NCBI GenBank assembly: GCA_013265495.1
Contig: MU058233.1
Span: forward strand, 345,038-409,037
Length of the DNA stretch: 64,000 nt
Origin: Vicugna vicugna
Lineage: Eukaryota
Direction of reading: 5' to 3'
Positions within the stretch are counted from its first letter, which is position 1. Each line of letters starts with the position of its first letter. The notes below the pieces were generated by a model that was not told the DNA's origin, did no database searches, and was given only the letters and a program-made list of their open reading frames with translations. The position numbers were made by a program, and so were the translations under genes. Positions 49,540-59,715 of this stretch are shown in pieces.

Positions 49540-50780
49540 GCCCAGCGCCTTTGTCCCAAGCAGGGCGCTGGGCCGGCTCACCATTCAGTTGGTTGTAGAC
49601 TACCTCCTCCAGGTGGTCCAGGCGCTGCAGGATGGCTTCGCGCTCCGCCAGCGCGCCCGCCTTGGCGTGCCGGCTGCGCACCCGGCGGTCGGCGCTGCGC
49701 ACAATCTGCACCAGCCCCTCTGAGCGGTCCTGCAGGCGGCAGTACACCGAAAAGAGGATGATGCCCACGAACACCAGGATGTTGACCGTCAGCAAAGTTT
49801 TGATCTTCCTGGCCACCGCCATGAACGCGGTTGGAAGCTGGGGGCTGCCTCACCCGCGGGGCATCCCCGTGGGCCCGGTGGCCACAAGAGCCTCCGCCTG
49901 GCCCGCTGCTTCGGGGACCATGAGCCAGCCCAGCTCGCCGCGGGCCGGAGACTGGGGCGGGAGCCTGCGAGCGAGGGGCTGCGAGCCGGGGGCTGCAGGC
50001 AAGGGCTGCGGGCGGGGCTGCGGGCCGGCCGCGCTCGGCCGCGGGGAGCTGTCCCTTCAGCACCACCCGCGCCCACTCAGCGCGCCCCTCCGCCTGCCGG
50101 GGTCCCCACGCGCAGGGGCTGCCCGGGGCCGCGGGCGCAGGGAGCACCCGGCATCCTCCGCAGAGGGGCGCAGCCCCGTCTCGGGAGCGGCGGGGCGGGC
50201 CTGGGGGCCCGGAGAAGCGAGGGCGGCGCGGGCCGGCAGGCGCTCGGCTGGCGTGCAGCTCCTGCCCGCCCCGTAGCCACGGCGCCGGTGCGGAGTGACG
50301 CGGCCGCCCAGCTCATCAGCATGCACGCGGGGCCCCGCGCCCGGCCCCGCAGGCCCACCCCTCCGGGACCGCCCCCCTCCAGGGCCACCTCTACCCCACT
50401 CCACGCCACCCCGCCGGGCGCAAGGTCCGGTGCGCGCTGCCAGCGCCCAAGCAGGGCGGAGTGGGGCGGGGCCTAGCGCTCTGGGGACCCAGAACAAGGG
50501 CAACCGGGCGGGCTCGGGGAGGGCAGAGCGCGCGGGCAGTCTCCACAGCCCCTCCCCGGACTCGAAATAAACCCCAAACTTGACCCGCGGAAGCGGGGTC
50601 TTGGGGAGTGCCTGGTCAAGGTGGTGTAGTCTGCGGGGGTGGGGGTCTTTGTGGGGAGGAGGGGGCACCGTAGGATCAAAGCCCCCTTGGTAGTCTGTCC
50701 CTTCTCCCTCCTTCCCTAGGCCAGACCGAATCAACTCCCGGCCTCCCTCCCCTCCCCGCTCTGGGGCTGGAGGCTGGAGA
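49540..50780 (-). promoter_or_regulatory. CpG island covering the GALNT9 promoter, 5' UTR and exon 1
   Basis: Very high GC and CpG density around and upstream of the ATG; GC box GGGGCGGGGC at 50463-50472; no obvious TATA box. Confidence 0.88.
49582..49822 (-). CDS. GALNT9: GALNT9 coding exon 1: cytoplasmic tail, type II transmembrane anchor, start of stem
   Basis: ATG at 49822-49820. Translates MAVARKIKTLLTVNILVFVGIILFSVYCRLQDRSEG...EEVVYNQLN+G, with hydrophobic LLTVNILVFVGIILFSVY. Donor AATG|GTGAG at 49582/49581. 241 nt, ends in phase 1. Confidence 0.97.
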
Positions 50781-51221
50781 GAGCTGAGTTCAAGGGCTGG
50801 TGGACCCAGCCTGAGATTCAGTGGTACCTAGGGGCACTTCAGGCCGAACAGTGAAACCCACCGGGAGAGGGCGTCGGGTTCTCCAGGTGGCGGTCCTCAG
50901 ACCTCAGGGGAGAGCAAATCTGGCTGACCTGGCCTCCACTCCCATCCTGAATCTAGCCCCAAGCCTGCATTTTGCAGACAGCCCGGGTCCAAGAGGAGAA
51001 ATCTCCAGCGGCATTGGGGCCTGAGCACCCAGAAGGCAGGGGATCCTGTCTGTCCACTTCCCACTGAATCCTCAGTGCCTGAAACAATACCTGAGGCTTA
51101 GCTGGTGCTCTGGAAATTTTGCTGAATGAATGAATGAATGCAGGAACATTCATTACGAGTGGGCGTGTGCTAGACCCTCACTACACAGAGGCGGATAGAA
51201 TAGAAACTGTATCCACATGTT

Positions 51222-51262
51222 GTTTGTGTGTGTGTGTGTCCGTGTGTGTGTGTGTGTCCGTG
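51222..51262. repeat. Interrupted (TG)n microsatellite
   Basis: tgtttgtgtgtgtgtgtgtccgtgtgtgtgtgtgtgtccgtgt. Confidence 0.9.
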
Positions 51263-51626
51263 TCTGAATGCATCGGGGACTTCGGGGTCTTCTGACTCTT
51301 AGTCCAACACTCTTACTCATTTCTTGGCCTCAGGCAGACCAGCCTACCCATCTTGGAGGTTTTGTGCCTCTTGGCAGATTCTATTTCTCCTTTCCCTCAT
51401 CAAAACTTCCTTTTCCTTCTCAGAACACTGTCTCCAGAAATTCAGAGGACAACCGCCGGGAGGGACCTCCAACTGGAACTTGAGGCCAGCTGTCCCTAGG
51501 GTGTTCACCCTATAAATCACTTGTTCTGGAAGGAAGCTGGATTCTGTTTTTAATCATCATTCCCGGAGAGTCTTACAATGCAGCAAGTTTGATAAACACT
51601 GGTCTATTTTTGATAAATAGCCATTC

Positions 51627-51957
51627 CCGTGTCCCTCCTTAAGCAATCGTGTGTTTATACAATGCCAAGCTGTAAGATATTCCACAATTTTTCAAGGATG
51701 GCTTTGGGGATGATAATACAAACAGTTAACACTTAACGCAGCGGTAAGGTTTTGCCAGACCCTGTTCTGGGTCCTTTATGGCTGTTAGCCGTGTCCCTCC
51801 TTAAGCAATCGTGTGTTTTTCTGTTTATACAATGCCAAGCTGTAAGATATTCCACAATTTTTCAAGGATGGCTTTGGGGATGATAATACAAACAGTTAAC
51901 ACTTAACGCAGCGGTAAGGTTTTGCCAGACCCTGTTCTGGGTCCTTTATGGCTGTTA
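51627..51957. repeat. Direct tandem duplication, 161-bp and 169-bp copies
   Basis: 51627-51787 and 51789-51957 are identical except for an 8-nt indel (TTTCTGTT). Confidence 0.95.
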
Positions 51958-52125
51958 ACTGATTAAGACTAATAGCAATCACATTACGGTATGAGCTGAC
52001 ATCATCTAATTTCATGTATGAAGAAACTGAGGCAGCGAGAGGATGAGTGCCTTGCTCAAGGTCACATCAAGGGCAAAGCATGGATCCGGGATTCAAGCCC
52101 AGACAATTTGGCTCCAGAGTCAAAT
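51890..52125 (-). mobile_element. MIR (one end lies inside the 161-bp duplication)
   Basis: GAAGAAACTGAGGCAGCGAGAGG...TTGCTCAAGGTCACA...GGGATTCAAGCCCAGACAATTTGGCTCCAGAGTC. Confidence 0.75.
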
Positions 52126-52914
52126 TTATTAGCCACTGTCGCTCAAGAAAAAAAAAAAGGCACGTTTTTTACATGTTTATTGAAAGTGATCTTAAAGTGG
52201 TTTTGCAGGAGAAAACATTATTTTGTTCATGTCAATACATTGTGCTGCATTCTAAAGTTTAACAGGAAATGACACCTCCCAAATACGCATCAGTGTTTGA
52301 TGAGGTTTCATTTGAAATACAAGCACGTTGACTTGGGAAGATTGGGGGCACTTTATAGGGAGGGGAATGCAGCTCACAGTCCAGCAAACTGGTATTCATT
52401 TGATCTTTTAAATACACCGCATGCTCAACTATGAGTTGTGAGATGTACTACAATATGTGGATGTGAGGCAGGGCCATTGTAGAAGCACTTCCCCCTTCCA
52501 CCACCACCAGCTTCTTCCCTCTCACAAAGCCCTGGCCTCCCAGGGGCTCCCTCAGATGCCAGCCCTTCGGCAGCCAGGAAAGAGCCTGAAGTCCAAAGTG
52601 CTGATTTGCTGGTCTGGGAAGACCCCCACTGGGACTGCAGCTGTCACATGGGAAGGCACGGACGGATCCTAGGGGACTCTGGTGGCTGCAGCCTTGAGGA
52701 GGGCAGGCGTCTGGGTGCTGGCCCCGGGAAGGTGGGATAGTGGGAACACAAAGAGGCCCCAGGGAATGTTCTCTGATGTTAATAAAGTCAGGCTCCGACG
52801 GGAGGCTCGCTTTGAGACAACAGTCAGGTGTAAATGATTCTCTCCTGTCTCATGGAGCGAAGGGACTTTCCTGTTCACAGGCCGAGCTGGGCAGGCCATG
52901 TTTTACCGTCTCCA

Positions 52915-53260
52915 TGCATCAGTCAGAATAGGCTAAGTTATGCTGTAGTAACAAACGCCCAAATCTCAACAGCTCAAACAAACAGGGCTATGTCTCACAC
53001 ATGCTCAAATGTGTCAAATACGGATGTCCACGGGGTGGACAAGGGAGCTCTGCGGACTCCCCACCTCGGGACCCCACCTTCAGAGAGCGATCACCTTGAG
53101 TGTTGCCCGTGGCTGTGCCGGGGGAGGGGAGGGCTGAGGAGGGAGGGCCTCGCGCTGGTCATTAAACCCCAGCCTAGAAGTGACATTTGCTATTCCCGCC
53201 CCAAACTTATCATCCAGACAACGTCACGCAGACCGCCCAGCACAAGCAGCTGGAGTGGGG
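52915..53260 (-). mobile_element. MLT1K/L-like MaLR LTR
   Basis: ATCAGTCAGAATAGGCTAAGTTATGCTGTAGTAACAAAC...CAAATCTCA and CCTAGAAGTGACAT. Confidence 0.65.
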
Positions 53261-54294
53261 ATGAAATTCCACCGCACGCTCAGAGCAGGGTGACATGGGG
53301 ATATTTTGGTTTAGACCAGGTTCATTGATGAGGTTGGATCTCAAGCACCTGCTCCACTTTCCTGAGCCCAGAGCCTCTGAGGACTGAAACTTGAGCTTCT
53401 GAATGGCAGCAGCTTCCTCCCACTGGAGAGTCTCTGCTGGAAGTGGCCTGAGGTTGTGTGGGCCAAGTCCTTGCCGAGTAACTGACCTCGAAAGGCCGAG
53501 CTGCGGGAACAGTTGGACAGCTCCAGTTCCTGCCCAGAGACAAAGTGGGGGGCTAATGACACCCCAGGATCCCAGCTCCCATCCTGGCTTCCCCGACTCT
53601 GACTTAGGCTGCCAGACCTGACTTTGAGCGGCTTTCAAGAGTCGACAGAGATGCTGGTGGAGTCTACTCGTTAGCCACAGGTCTCCTCTTGGAAGCCCCC
53701 CACGTGACAGCTGGTGAGCCCACACGGCCATTAACTCCGCAGATGGGCACATCTGTCCTCAGGCAGGTGATGGGGCTCACAGGGTGCTGGAGAGCAGGAG
53801 GGGTGAGGAGACTCCAGATCTGCAAGCCAAGCTGCCTCCTGCCTCCTCCAAGCAGAAAAGGCAAGATCCAAAGAGTCAGGAGAGGAAACTAGTGCCAGGC
53901 TGGGAAGGTGCATCTACCGGGCGGGATGGGGAGGGGAGCAGGGGACTGTGTGAGAGAGAGGTGAGACGGAGGGATGAGGAGGCCGAGGGTTTGGTGGGAG
54001 GTGGGGTGGATGGGAGTGCTAATCCTGATGAAAATGCCGGGAGTCATTCTCTGCTCTTTTCTCCGCAAAACGTTCTGAAAGGGAGACAGAATTTGCAAGT
54101 TTCCTCACAGCCTAAATTGCATCTACCCCGTGGGGCCTGAGGCCGACCCAGCTTCATGAGCACCGTGAGGCAACAGTGTCGTCAGCTTCCCAAAGGGACC
54201 TGTCAGCAGGTTCAAATGTCTCTTCCTCGCTGGTCTCAGGTAGAACAAAAGCTTCATCTACGAGAGCTTCGGTTCTGGCTCTTAATTTATTTAC

Positions 54295-54690
54295 CAAACA
54301 CTGAAAGAGTGTTTACCACGTGCCAGACACTGGTCCAAGTAGTTTATAGACTTCACTCAGGGGCGAGAGGCTATAGCTCAGGGGTAGGGTGTATGCCTGG
54401 CAGGCACAAGGTCATGGGTTCAATCCCCAGTAACTCCACTGAAAAAAACAAAACCCTAATTTAAAAAAAACCTAATTACCCCCCCAAAAAGAGAAAGTAA
54501 ACAAACAATAAATCAACAAACTACATTCATTTAATCTTCATAGCAACCCTCAAAGGGAGGCACCATTGTACCCATTTTTCAAATGAGGAAATCGAGGCAC
54601 AGAGAGGTTTGATAACTGCCAAAAGTCACACAGGTATAGGAGATGGAGCTGGAAATCAACCCCAGCTGTCTGGCTCCAGCTTTTAAACTC
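54295..54690 (-). mobile_element. MIR split by the SINE at 54360-54520
   Basis: ACCACGTGCCAGACACTG on the left; CATTTAATCTTCATAGCAACCC...AAATGAGGAAATCGAGGCACAGAGAGGTT on the right. Confidence 0.75.
54360..54520 (+). mobile_element. tRNA-Ala-derived SINE, camelid vic-1 type, inserted into a MIR
   Basis: GGGGCGAGAGGCTATAGCTCAGGGGTAGGGTG...GGTTCAATCCCCAGTAACTCC, then A-rich tail and AAACCTAATTACC; MIR sequence resumes on both sides. Confidence 0.85.
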
Positions 54691-55655
54691 TGCTCTCAGC
54701 TGCCACTCCTGCCAGTAAACTCTCCTAAAATGTAGTCTTTCTTGTACTGTGTTGACGATTAATCTCTCCTGTTTCCTCCTGGCGCGTAATGCTAATGTGT
54801 CTCCTCATCACAGGGGCCTGGGGTGGTGAACCATTAACCCGTCAGGATATGCGAAGCTCCACCACACAGCAGCCAGAAGCATCGGCCTTCAGCCGTTCAG
54901 CCAGTGCGTCTGTAACTGAGGCTGGACTCACAGGACAGGTCCGCCTGCCTTTGAAGACGTCTGGGGCCCTCATCGGCATCAGGGAGCGAAGCTGACTGAA
55001 AAGCTGGGAGCTGGGATCATCTGAAGGTTCGCTCACTCGTGTGGCTGTGGGTGCGGCCAGGGGCTGGCTGGGACCTGGGCTGGGCCGTCTGCACGCCCCC
55101 CCCGGCCCCTCCACTCACACCGGCCCCGCCGTGTGGCCTGGGCTTCCTCACAGCGTGGTTGCCAGTGCCAAGCCCAACTTTCCGAGAGGCCAGCCACGTC
55201 GCCTTCGGTGACCTCGCCTCGGAAGTCACGTAGTGTCGCCTCCACCACCCAGACTCAAGGGCGGGACACAGACAGCATCTCTTTGTGGCCATGTTTGAAA
55301 CTGCTCCACCTGCGGACCCCTTCCCTAACCAGCTTCTTGCGGCACACCTCCCAGCTGCTGGCGGGATGTGGGTGTTGGGACTTGGGGCCAGCTGTATGGC
55401 GGCCTGACTCCTGGTGGGGCCGGGGTCGCATGCAAATGGGCGTGATTCTCGAGCAGGTGAGTCTAAGGTTGCAAGCCCTGGACTGGAATTCCAGCGGGGC
55501 AGGCCGTCCGTTGGTTACCCACCCTCCTTTCCTTCTCGAACGTAAGAGCAACAACAGAGGTCAGAGATAACAACAAATGCCTCCTGGCCACAAGAGTCCA
55601 TTTTAGACCAAGAAGTAAACCTTGATTAGTTGACACCAACCCGTGATATGGATGG

Positions 55656-56365
55656 TGCCAGGGTCTGAATGTTTGTGTCCCCTCTAAAAGTTCACATGTT
55701 GAAATCCTGACCCCCTCAAGCTAATGATATTAGAAAGCAGGGCCTTTGGAAGGTGATTAGGTCATGAGGAGGGAGCCCCCAGGATGGGGCTTGTGCCCTT
55801 TACAAAGAGGCCCCAGAGAGCTCCCCCCACCCTTTCACCAGGTAAGGATACAGCGAGAAGTCGACAGTCTGCAGCCCAGGAGAGGGCCCTCCCCCAGCCA
55901 AGCTGGTGCCTTGATCTTGGACTTCTAGCCTCCAGAAACATGAGATATAAATGTCTGTTGTTTATAAGCTACTCGGCCTGGTGGTATCTTGTCACAGCAG
56001 CTCAAATGGACTGAGGCAGGTAGTCATATCAGCCAGTGTGGGCAGGAGTCTACAGGCTGGGGAAAGATTGTCCTCCTTGATTGAAAGGCACTGATTTTAC
56101 GGGCCAATTTTCCCTTTGCCCTTTCTGTTTGTCCTCTCTGGATATCAGATGTGATGCCTGGAGGAGCAGCAGCCATTTGGTGACCATGTAGCTACAAGCA
56201 TATGGATGAAGGTCAACACACATTAAGGATGGCAGAACACAAAAATGAAGGAGGAAGAGTCCCTGACGGCACCACAGAGCAGCTACCCAGCCCTGGGCTG
56301 CCGGCCTCTGGAATCTTGTTACGTGAGACAAATGAGCTGCTGTTAGGTTTCTGCTCTGCATTCCT
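55656..56365 (+). mobile_element. MLT1A0-like LTR (55656-56018) abutting an MLT1J-like fragment
   Basis: CTGAATGTTTGTGTCCC, GGGCCTTTGGAAGGTGATTAGGTCATGAGG, TTGATCTTGGACTTCTAGCCTCCAGAA; then GATGTGATGCCTGGAGGAGCAGCAGCCATTTGGTGACCATG. Confidence 0.8.
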
Positions 56366-57859
56366 AGTTGATGCACTTAATTCTGGGGCCGCGGGAACCA
56401 CCCTGCCATCCACCGCAAGCACGACTTCCGTGGTTCCCTGCCTCATTAACCCCCACAAGCTTCTGCCCTCCTACCTGGAGAGCACGGTGACACCTCTTCC
56501 CACTCCTGTGATCTGGGCTGGGCACTGTTAGGGACTGTCACTAGCAAACTGTTGCCAACCTGACACTTATAACCTGGACCTGCCCTGAGCACTCGCGGCC
56601 TCTCCTCAGGCACGCAGCATCGTCGCTTCACGTAGGGTGCCCCAGGCGTTCTAAGGCGGGAGGCTGCAGGCAGCTCGGTGCCCCAGTGGTGAGAGAGGCA
56701 GAGAGGAGCGCTTCCCACGACCTTGGCCGGCCTTGTCCTCAGAGCTCTGTCATCAGCTGAACTCCCTCTGCTTGAGGAGGGCACGTGTCCCCAGGCAGGA
56801 AGGCGGCTCTGGGCTCTGCCAGGCCCCACATGGTACCATTCGAGTGAAAGGTAGTGTCTCCCCATCCACCCACGCCTACCTTGCCTGGCCTGGCTGAGCC
56901 CACACCTGCTGCTCTCTCTGACGGGCCCCCTCAGGGGTCCGTGCTGGCCTGGAGTCTGGCCCCCTCGGTGCCTCCTGCGTCCCCGCCCCCTCTCTCATGC
57001 CTGCTAAGCTCCCCGGTGCCGCTGCCTTCACTCCCTGACTGGACTCCCATCCCTGGCTCTTCCTGCAGAGCACCCCCGCCTTTCTGCCAGAAGGGCTCCC
57101 TGACCGCCCTCAGCACCCCTCACGCCCCTCCCGCCCTGTCCTGGGAGATACTTAGCCATCCAGCCCGGCTGGCTCGCAGTCTCTGCAGCGCTGACACGGA
57201 GGGGCTCGCCTTTTCAGGGAAACTCTATTTCCTGGCTTGGGTGGGGCCACTCTCCCTTGGACTTCCCCCGGCCCTTCTGGCCGTGCCTTCTCCATCTCCC
57301 CTGGGGATGCCCCTTGTTCTCAGATCTTTCTTCAATACACTCTGCACAGCTGTACCCACACCCATTTCGTTTTTGTCTGAATGTCCCAAGTCAGCATCTT
57401 CTTCCCACGTCGTGGCGTTTAGGAGGGAGGCCTGCGGACACAAAGGCAGAAGAGTAGAGGCTTCGGGGACGCGGTGCCGGCTGGCACGGACCCCCCGTGC
57501 TGCCCAGGCAAGTTTCCCACCCCAGTCTCCACCCGCCCTGCAGGTCAGGGGTCTGCTCTGCGAAACTCCTTACTCCCCACCCACACCTGGCTTTCCTTCC
57601 CAACAGGACCACCACAGAGCCGGTCTCATCACCTCTCCAGGTTGGTCCCGACGCCAGTCCGTCAGGCCGCCTGTCACCTATGGTGGCAGGAGAGCTCCTT
57701 CCAAAGCGCAGCTCTCACAAGGGCGCTGCGAGTCCTCGCAGGCCTCCAGGGCTCCCTGCGACCTCCAGGATGAAGTCTGGGCCGCCTGCACGCGCCCTCC
57801 AGCCCTCCACCCAGCGTTCCCAGCACCAGCTCTTTTCTGTTGCTGTTTTTCCTTCTGCT

Positions 57860-57987
57860 GGGGGAGGGAGGTAACTGGACTTATTTATTTATTACTTACT
57901 ATTTTTTTAAATGGAGGGACTGGGGATTGAACCCAAGACCTCGTGCATGCTAAGCAGGTACCCTCCCACTGAGCTGCACCCTCCCCC
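57860..57987 (-). mobile_element. tRNA-Ala-derived SINE, camelid vic-1 type
   Basis: Reverse complement GGGGGAGGGTGCAGCTCAGTGGGAGGGTACCTGCTTAGCATGCACGAGGTCTTGGGTTCAATCCCCAGTCCCTCC plus a TAAA-rich tail. Confidence 0.85.
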
Positions 57988-59264
57988 ACGCCAACCCCCG
58001 CCCCAGCTTCAGCCCTTCCTCCTTCCTGTCACCCCGTCACCGCCTGTCCATAAGATGGAAACCCGCACTGCTTCCTAAACGCCCTGCCCTGCGCTCCGGT
58101 GTGTGAGCCCACACTCTTCTTCCCCCAGAAATCCCCAGTCACCGCTTGCCGGCTGGTAGCAGTATTATTGCTTGCAACGTACAGACAAGGAAACTGCAGC
58201 TCAGCGACAGGAATGAGCAGCCAGGCCACGCGGGGGGGAGCCGCACAGCCAGGACTGGAGCGAGGGCAGTCTTTTTCAGGTCCACACTCCCGCCAGCAGG
58301 CTCTGCCTCGTTGGAAGCAAACTTGGCTCTCCAGACACCGGAGTGCGGGGCCTCAGTTATGCAGGGGCTGCCGCCTCCCCCCACCTGGAGGACACATTTT
58401 TAGGTGCTCGGCCTGGGGCCAGGATGGGATAGGGAGATGCCGGCTCCAGCCAGTCCCTGAAGCACAGCCCAGGAAGGACCACGACAAAGGCCCTTGTACA
58501 GGGTTCCTGCTGCTGTCAGACCGGGAGGTGATGTGACCTGGGTCTGTGCCTTATCAAAGAGAACCAGGCAGCTTTATGTCAGGAACATGAAATTACCATC
58601 ACTGGCAGAGAGAGATCTTTGATTTCCCTCTCCGCTCTAGAAAGAATTAGCTCAAAGCTCACAGAGAACATTTCAGCTGGAGAAGGCCTCTCCCCGACTC
58701 TCTTCCTTCTGCCAGAGGGGAAAACATTCATCAAAATGGTTTTCATTTCTATTGACTCCCAGGCCTGGCATCGACCTGTACGCTGCCCTTACTGGGCCCC
58801 TTGAAAGGTTTCTAATAACCCAGGATGATTTGAAAATACACCCTTCGTGGTTTCCAGGGACCTGTGGCTCCCTCTTTGCAAGGTCGTCTCCGAGCAGAGC
58901 GGGGCTCAGAGCCTTCCGAGACTCTCTGGAGCAGTGGATGATCCGACAACTGCAGTGTGTTACCCACACGTCACCGAGGCTCCCACATCAGCACGGGGTG
59001 CAGGCGGGTGAGCGATGGGAGCTGCACACCACCGGTGGTCGTGAAAGGCTGGAAGTGTTCAGCCTGGACGTTTGCGAACTGATGGCAGCGCCTGACCACG
59101 TGATGCTCTGGGACACACAGTGGCTCAGGAGCGAGGAGCAGGCCTGCAGGGAAGGGGCCACTCTCCTGGGACGCGCTCTGCAGCTCCGACCTGATGGGGG
59201 ATGGGATCACCGTCACGGCAGAGTTGAAGGAGACAGATGCAGAATGATCACACAGTAAGATGGG

Positions 59265-59715
59265 GTTGTTTTTAGCTTTATTGGAGTGTAATCGACAAAC
59301 ATTGTAGATATTTAAGGCGGACGATGTGATGGTTTGATACGCGCATGCGTCGTGAACCAATCAGCACAAGTAACCTAATCAGCACGTCCATCACCCACAT
59401 AGTTACCGTTCTGTGTGCGGTGAGAACAATTAATAGCTACTCTCTTGGCACATTTCAAGCACACAGTGCAGTATTGCTCACGATAGTCACCACACTGGAC
59501 AGTAGAGCCCAGCACTTTCTCATCTTTACCTGGAACTTAGTACCCGTGACTGGCGTCTCCCGTGTCCTCCACCCCCGTCCCTGGCAACCACCGTCTTACT
59601 CTCTGCTTCTCCGGTTTTGGCTTTCTTAGACTCCACATGTGAGCCCATCCAGTGCTTGTCTTTCTGTGTCCGGCGTATCTCTCTCCGCACGATGTCCTCC
59701 TGGTCCAGCCACCGT
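59265..59715 (-). mobile_element. L1MA8/9-like 3' end fragment
   Basis: TCCATCACCCACATAGTTACC, GGTGAGAACA...CTACTCTCTT, TAGTCACCA, CCCTGGCAACCACC, TTAGACTCCACATGT. Confidence 0.85.

Larger units (their letters stand above)
1..50400 (-). other. GALNT9: GALNT9 gene body, 5' part (exons 1-5). The gene continues left of the window; TSS position is approximate.
   Basis: Five exons splice in frame (241+181+167+175+198 = 962 nt). The peptide MAVARKIKTLLTVNILVFVG...NQLNGLAKPIGLVEGPGG...DAHVEFSTGWAEPALTRIREDRRR... matches recalled mammalian GALNT9 rather than its paralogue GALNT17. Confidence 0.96.

Noticed and set aside
49448-49581. Exon 1 reading frame continues 44 codons into intron 1
   Set aside because: A strong GTGAG donor and correct phase with exon 2 explain the structure; the extension has no recognisable features.
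49632-50276. 214-aa antisense ORF across exon 1 and the CpG island
   Set aside because: A typical shadow ORF of GC-rich coding sequence; non-ATG start and no independent evidence.
50878-50896. CTCF-like TCTCCAGGTGGCGG upstream of the promoter (also partial matches near 44990 and 62290)
   Set aside because: Only partial matches, which are common in GC-rich DNA; a matrix scan and ChIP data are needed.
56854-57930. Longest ORF in the track (358 aa)
   Set aside because: GTG start, Pro/Ser/Ala/Leu-rich low complexity, no recognisable domain, and it runs into a SINE. Expected noise in GC-rich DNA.
57860-57987. tRNA-Ala(AGC)-like sequence (also 20221-20351 and 54360-54520)
   Set aside because: The stems are degenerate and each copy runs into an A-rich SINE tail with a shared end motif. 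These are SINEs, not tRNA genes.
58553-58623. Two TCF/LEF motifs (ATCAAAG, CTTTGAT) 64 bp apart
   Set aside because: The 7-mer occurs roughly at chance frequency across the window; there is no other support.
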